DNA of 64,000 nt from Octopus sinensis (taxonomy: Eukaryota), in NCBI RefSeq assembly GCF_006345805.1, contig NC_043001.1, forward strand, positions 49,166,001 through 49,230,000, given 5' to 3'. The notes below the pieces were generated by a model. It was not told the DNA's origin. It was given only the letters and a program-made list of their open reading frames with translations, and did not search any database. Made by a program: the position numbers and the translations under genes. Shown piece by piece: positions 61,491 through 64,000 of this stretch; position 1 is the first letter of the stretch, and every line of letters begins with the position of its first letter.

Positions 61491-63379
61491 GTAAGTATTT
61501 ATTAAAATATACCATATTTATTCATGTACTAGTTGGACCTGTGAAAACTTCATGGAAAACAGAAAATGTAAATGTCTGTAAATAGGGACTTTATGTAATA
61601 ACTATCGAATAATTGTGTATAAGCAGGACCCTGGGAAATCGACCGAAACAAAAAATGTAAGTATCTTTAAATAGTGAGCATGCCACCTTCCTTTCACTCA
61701 CCACTCAATCTGTCTCTGACTTTCTCTCTCACTCCCTCTTTGTCTCTCCTCTCTCTCACTTTGCCACTCACTTCAACTATAACTCTTCTGCTTAACACCT
61801 TGTATTTCTTCTCCTTTCAACCTTTTACCTCTTCCTTTGAAGTATTTGTGACACACACTACAGGTATGCATGTAAAAAAATAGAAGTTAGCATATTAATA
61901 TTTAGGATAATATGCACTCATGTATAGTGTGCACTTACAAATAGGACCAAAGAAATCTTGGTAAAAACATACCTCTTGTGTGTGTGTGTTGCCCAAGTTG
62001 TCTTGCAACCAGTTATCGTTGTCATCGTTGTCATCATCAATGTTTTAACTCTTTAGCATTTAAACCAGACACTCTCCCTTCCTCTCCATGAGTCAAACAA
62101 AATTCTTTGAGGCAGATTTTCTATGAGCAGATACTCTCCCTTCTGACAACCATTACTTGTTTTGTAGCAAGGTAATATTTCTTCTTTGGCCAGAAAAGGT
62201 TTTTCATAGATAATAAACAAGTAATACTGCCTTTTCAAGTAGTGACTTTACAATCAGTATACAATATCTAGACAAGAAGATACAGACACACACACACACA
62301 CACATGCAACACAAATATATATATATGCATGCACACATAAATACACACACATACACGTCAGACTCACTCAACCCCTTTCACACATACACAATCACACACA
62401 CCATTCTCATGCACATGCTTGTGCACCTTAGTTCATTGGGATCACCATTATTATCTCCCTTCCATTCAGTCTCTTTTTATTATCTCCTTTTCATTTAACC
62501 TCTTTTTCTCCAGTCATCATCGCCATTTTGTACCACTGAACTCTACACAGTTTCTCTCTTTCCATTTTTTTTTCTCTTATTCTTTTCTGTCAAAGAGTGT
62601 AGGCTTGAAATGTAAATGACTTTTCAATTTTTTCTGAGCATTAAACTAATACATCCACTTGTTGTTCCTACACCTGTCTTTGTCTTTTGTTTTTCTGTAA
62701 ATTTGAACTATATATATATGATTCAGTCTGCTATAATGAATCCATAAACACATATAAAACATCCAAGGGTATATTTTTTTTCCCCTGAAAATATTATGCT
62801 CAGGTCATATAAATTTGATATTTACTTAATATTTACTGAGTATTAATTGAAACAGGTGTGAGAAATGATGATTAATTTGCTGTTAATAATAAACAATTAT
62901 TAACTTCCCAATTTCCATTTCTTTTTTCTTATATATATACACTTTACACTTACACTTTTACTTGTTTCAGTCATTTGACTGCGGCCATGCTGGAGCACCG
63001 CCTTTAGTCGAGCGACTCGACCCCGGGACTTATTCTTTGTAAGCTCAGTACTTATCCTATCGGTCTCTTTTTGCCGAACCGCTAAGTGACGGGGACGTAA
63101 ACACATCAGCATTGGTTGTCAAGCAATGCTAGGGGGACAAACACAGACACACACACACACACACACACATACATATACATATATATATACGACAGGCTTC
63201 TTTCAGTTTCCGTCTACCAAATCCACTCACAAGGCATTGGTCGGCCCGAGGCTATAGCAGAAGACACTTGCCCAAGATGCCACACAGTGGGACTGAACCC
63301 GGAGCCATGTGGTTGGTTAGCAAGCTACTTACCACACAGCCACTCCCGCGCCTATATATATATATATATTATATATATA

Positions 63380-63482
<103 letters not shown>

Positions 63483-64000
63483 TATATATACTAGCAGTAT
63501 TGCCCGGCTCAACAGGGATTTCAGGGGAGAGTTTCAGGGAGTCACTGGCGATGTATCGTGATGAGCAAAAATCCGGCCTACTAAAATTTGGTCAAAGTGA
63601 TTCAAACTGCAGACTCAACGCAAAATGGTCACATTTAATTCAAAGCGTTAAAAATGTTATGAAAACAATTGGTATGTGTTCACAAAGTCCAAACGATTAA
63701 TACGAAAAAACCCTCCAGGCTACATCCTGAAAATTCATTTCTTTGCCAAATTTCTACAATGTTTACGGCGATTCGTTTTTATATCTTGATTTTTTATTTT
63801 TCATGCAATTTATGCATGCTTGCACGCATGGTGAACACAGTTCACATCAAACAGCTGACTGAGTAAAGTTCATAATTCAATGCATGGGATAAGGCCTAAG
63901 CAAACACATTATTGATCTTTGCACTTGTGAGATGAATTTCGGAACAGAAATAACGCAGTTCAATTTTCATTCGCCTAAACTTTAAGTGACCCATTTTTGG

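Overview
AT-rich, microsatellite- and repeat-dense eukaryotic DNA. The SINE and RTE families look like those of a coleoid cephalopod, probably Octopus (inferred from recognition, not from a search). The only confidently decodable host gene is axonemal outer-arm dynein intermediate chain 2 (DNAI2, WD40) on the + strand. It has 10 GT-AG coding exons from 25332 to 61490, which splice in frame to 1491 nt (497 aa). The C-terminal exon(s) lie beyond the window, and a non-coding first exon probably lies upstream. The rest is mostly mobile DNA: tRNA-derived SINEs, RTE, CR1 and R4-like LINE remnants, two Penelope-like (GIY-YIG) remnants, mariner/Tc1/hAT remnants, MITEs and a Helentron-like element. The most striking unexplained structure is at 15592-16508. 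It is a non-coding 362-bp unit present as a partial tandem plus a near-perfect inverted copy, and each copy carries a complete minimal type I hammerhead ribozyme fold with a U3-A8 covariant core. This is a candidate cephalopod retrozyme or Penelope pLTR that could produce a 362-nt circular RNA. Repeat boundaries were read by eye and are approximate.
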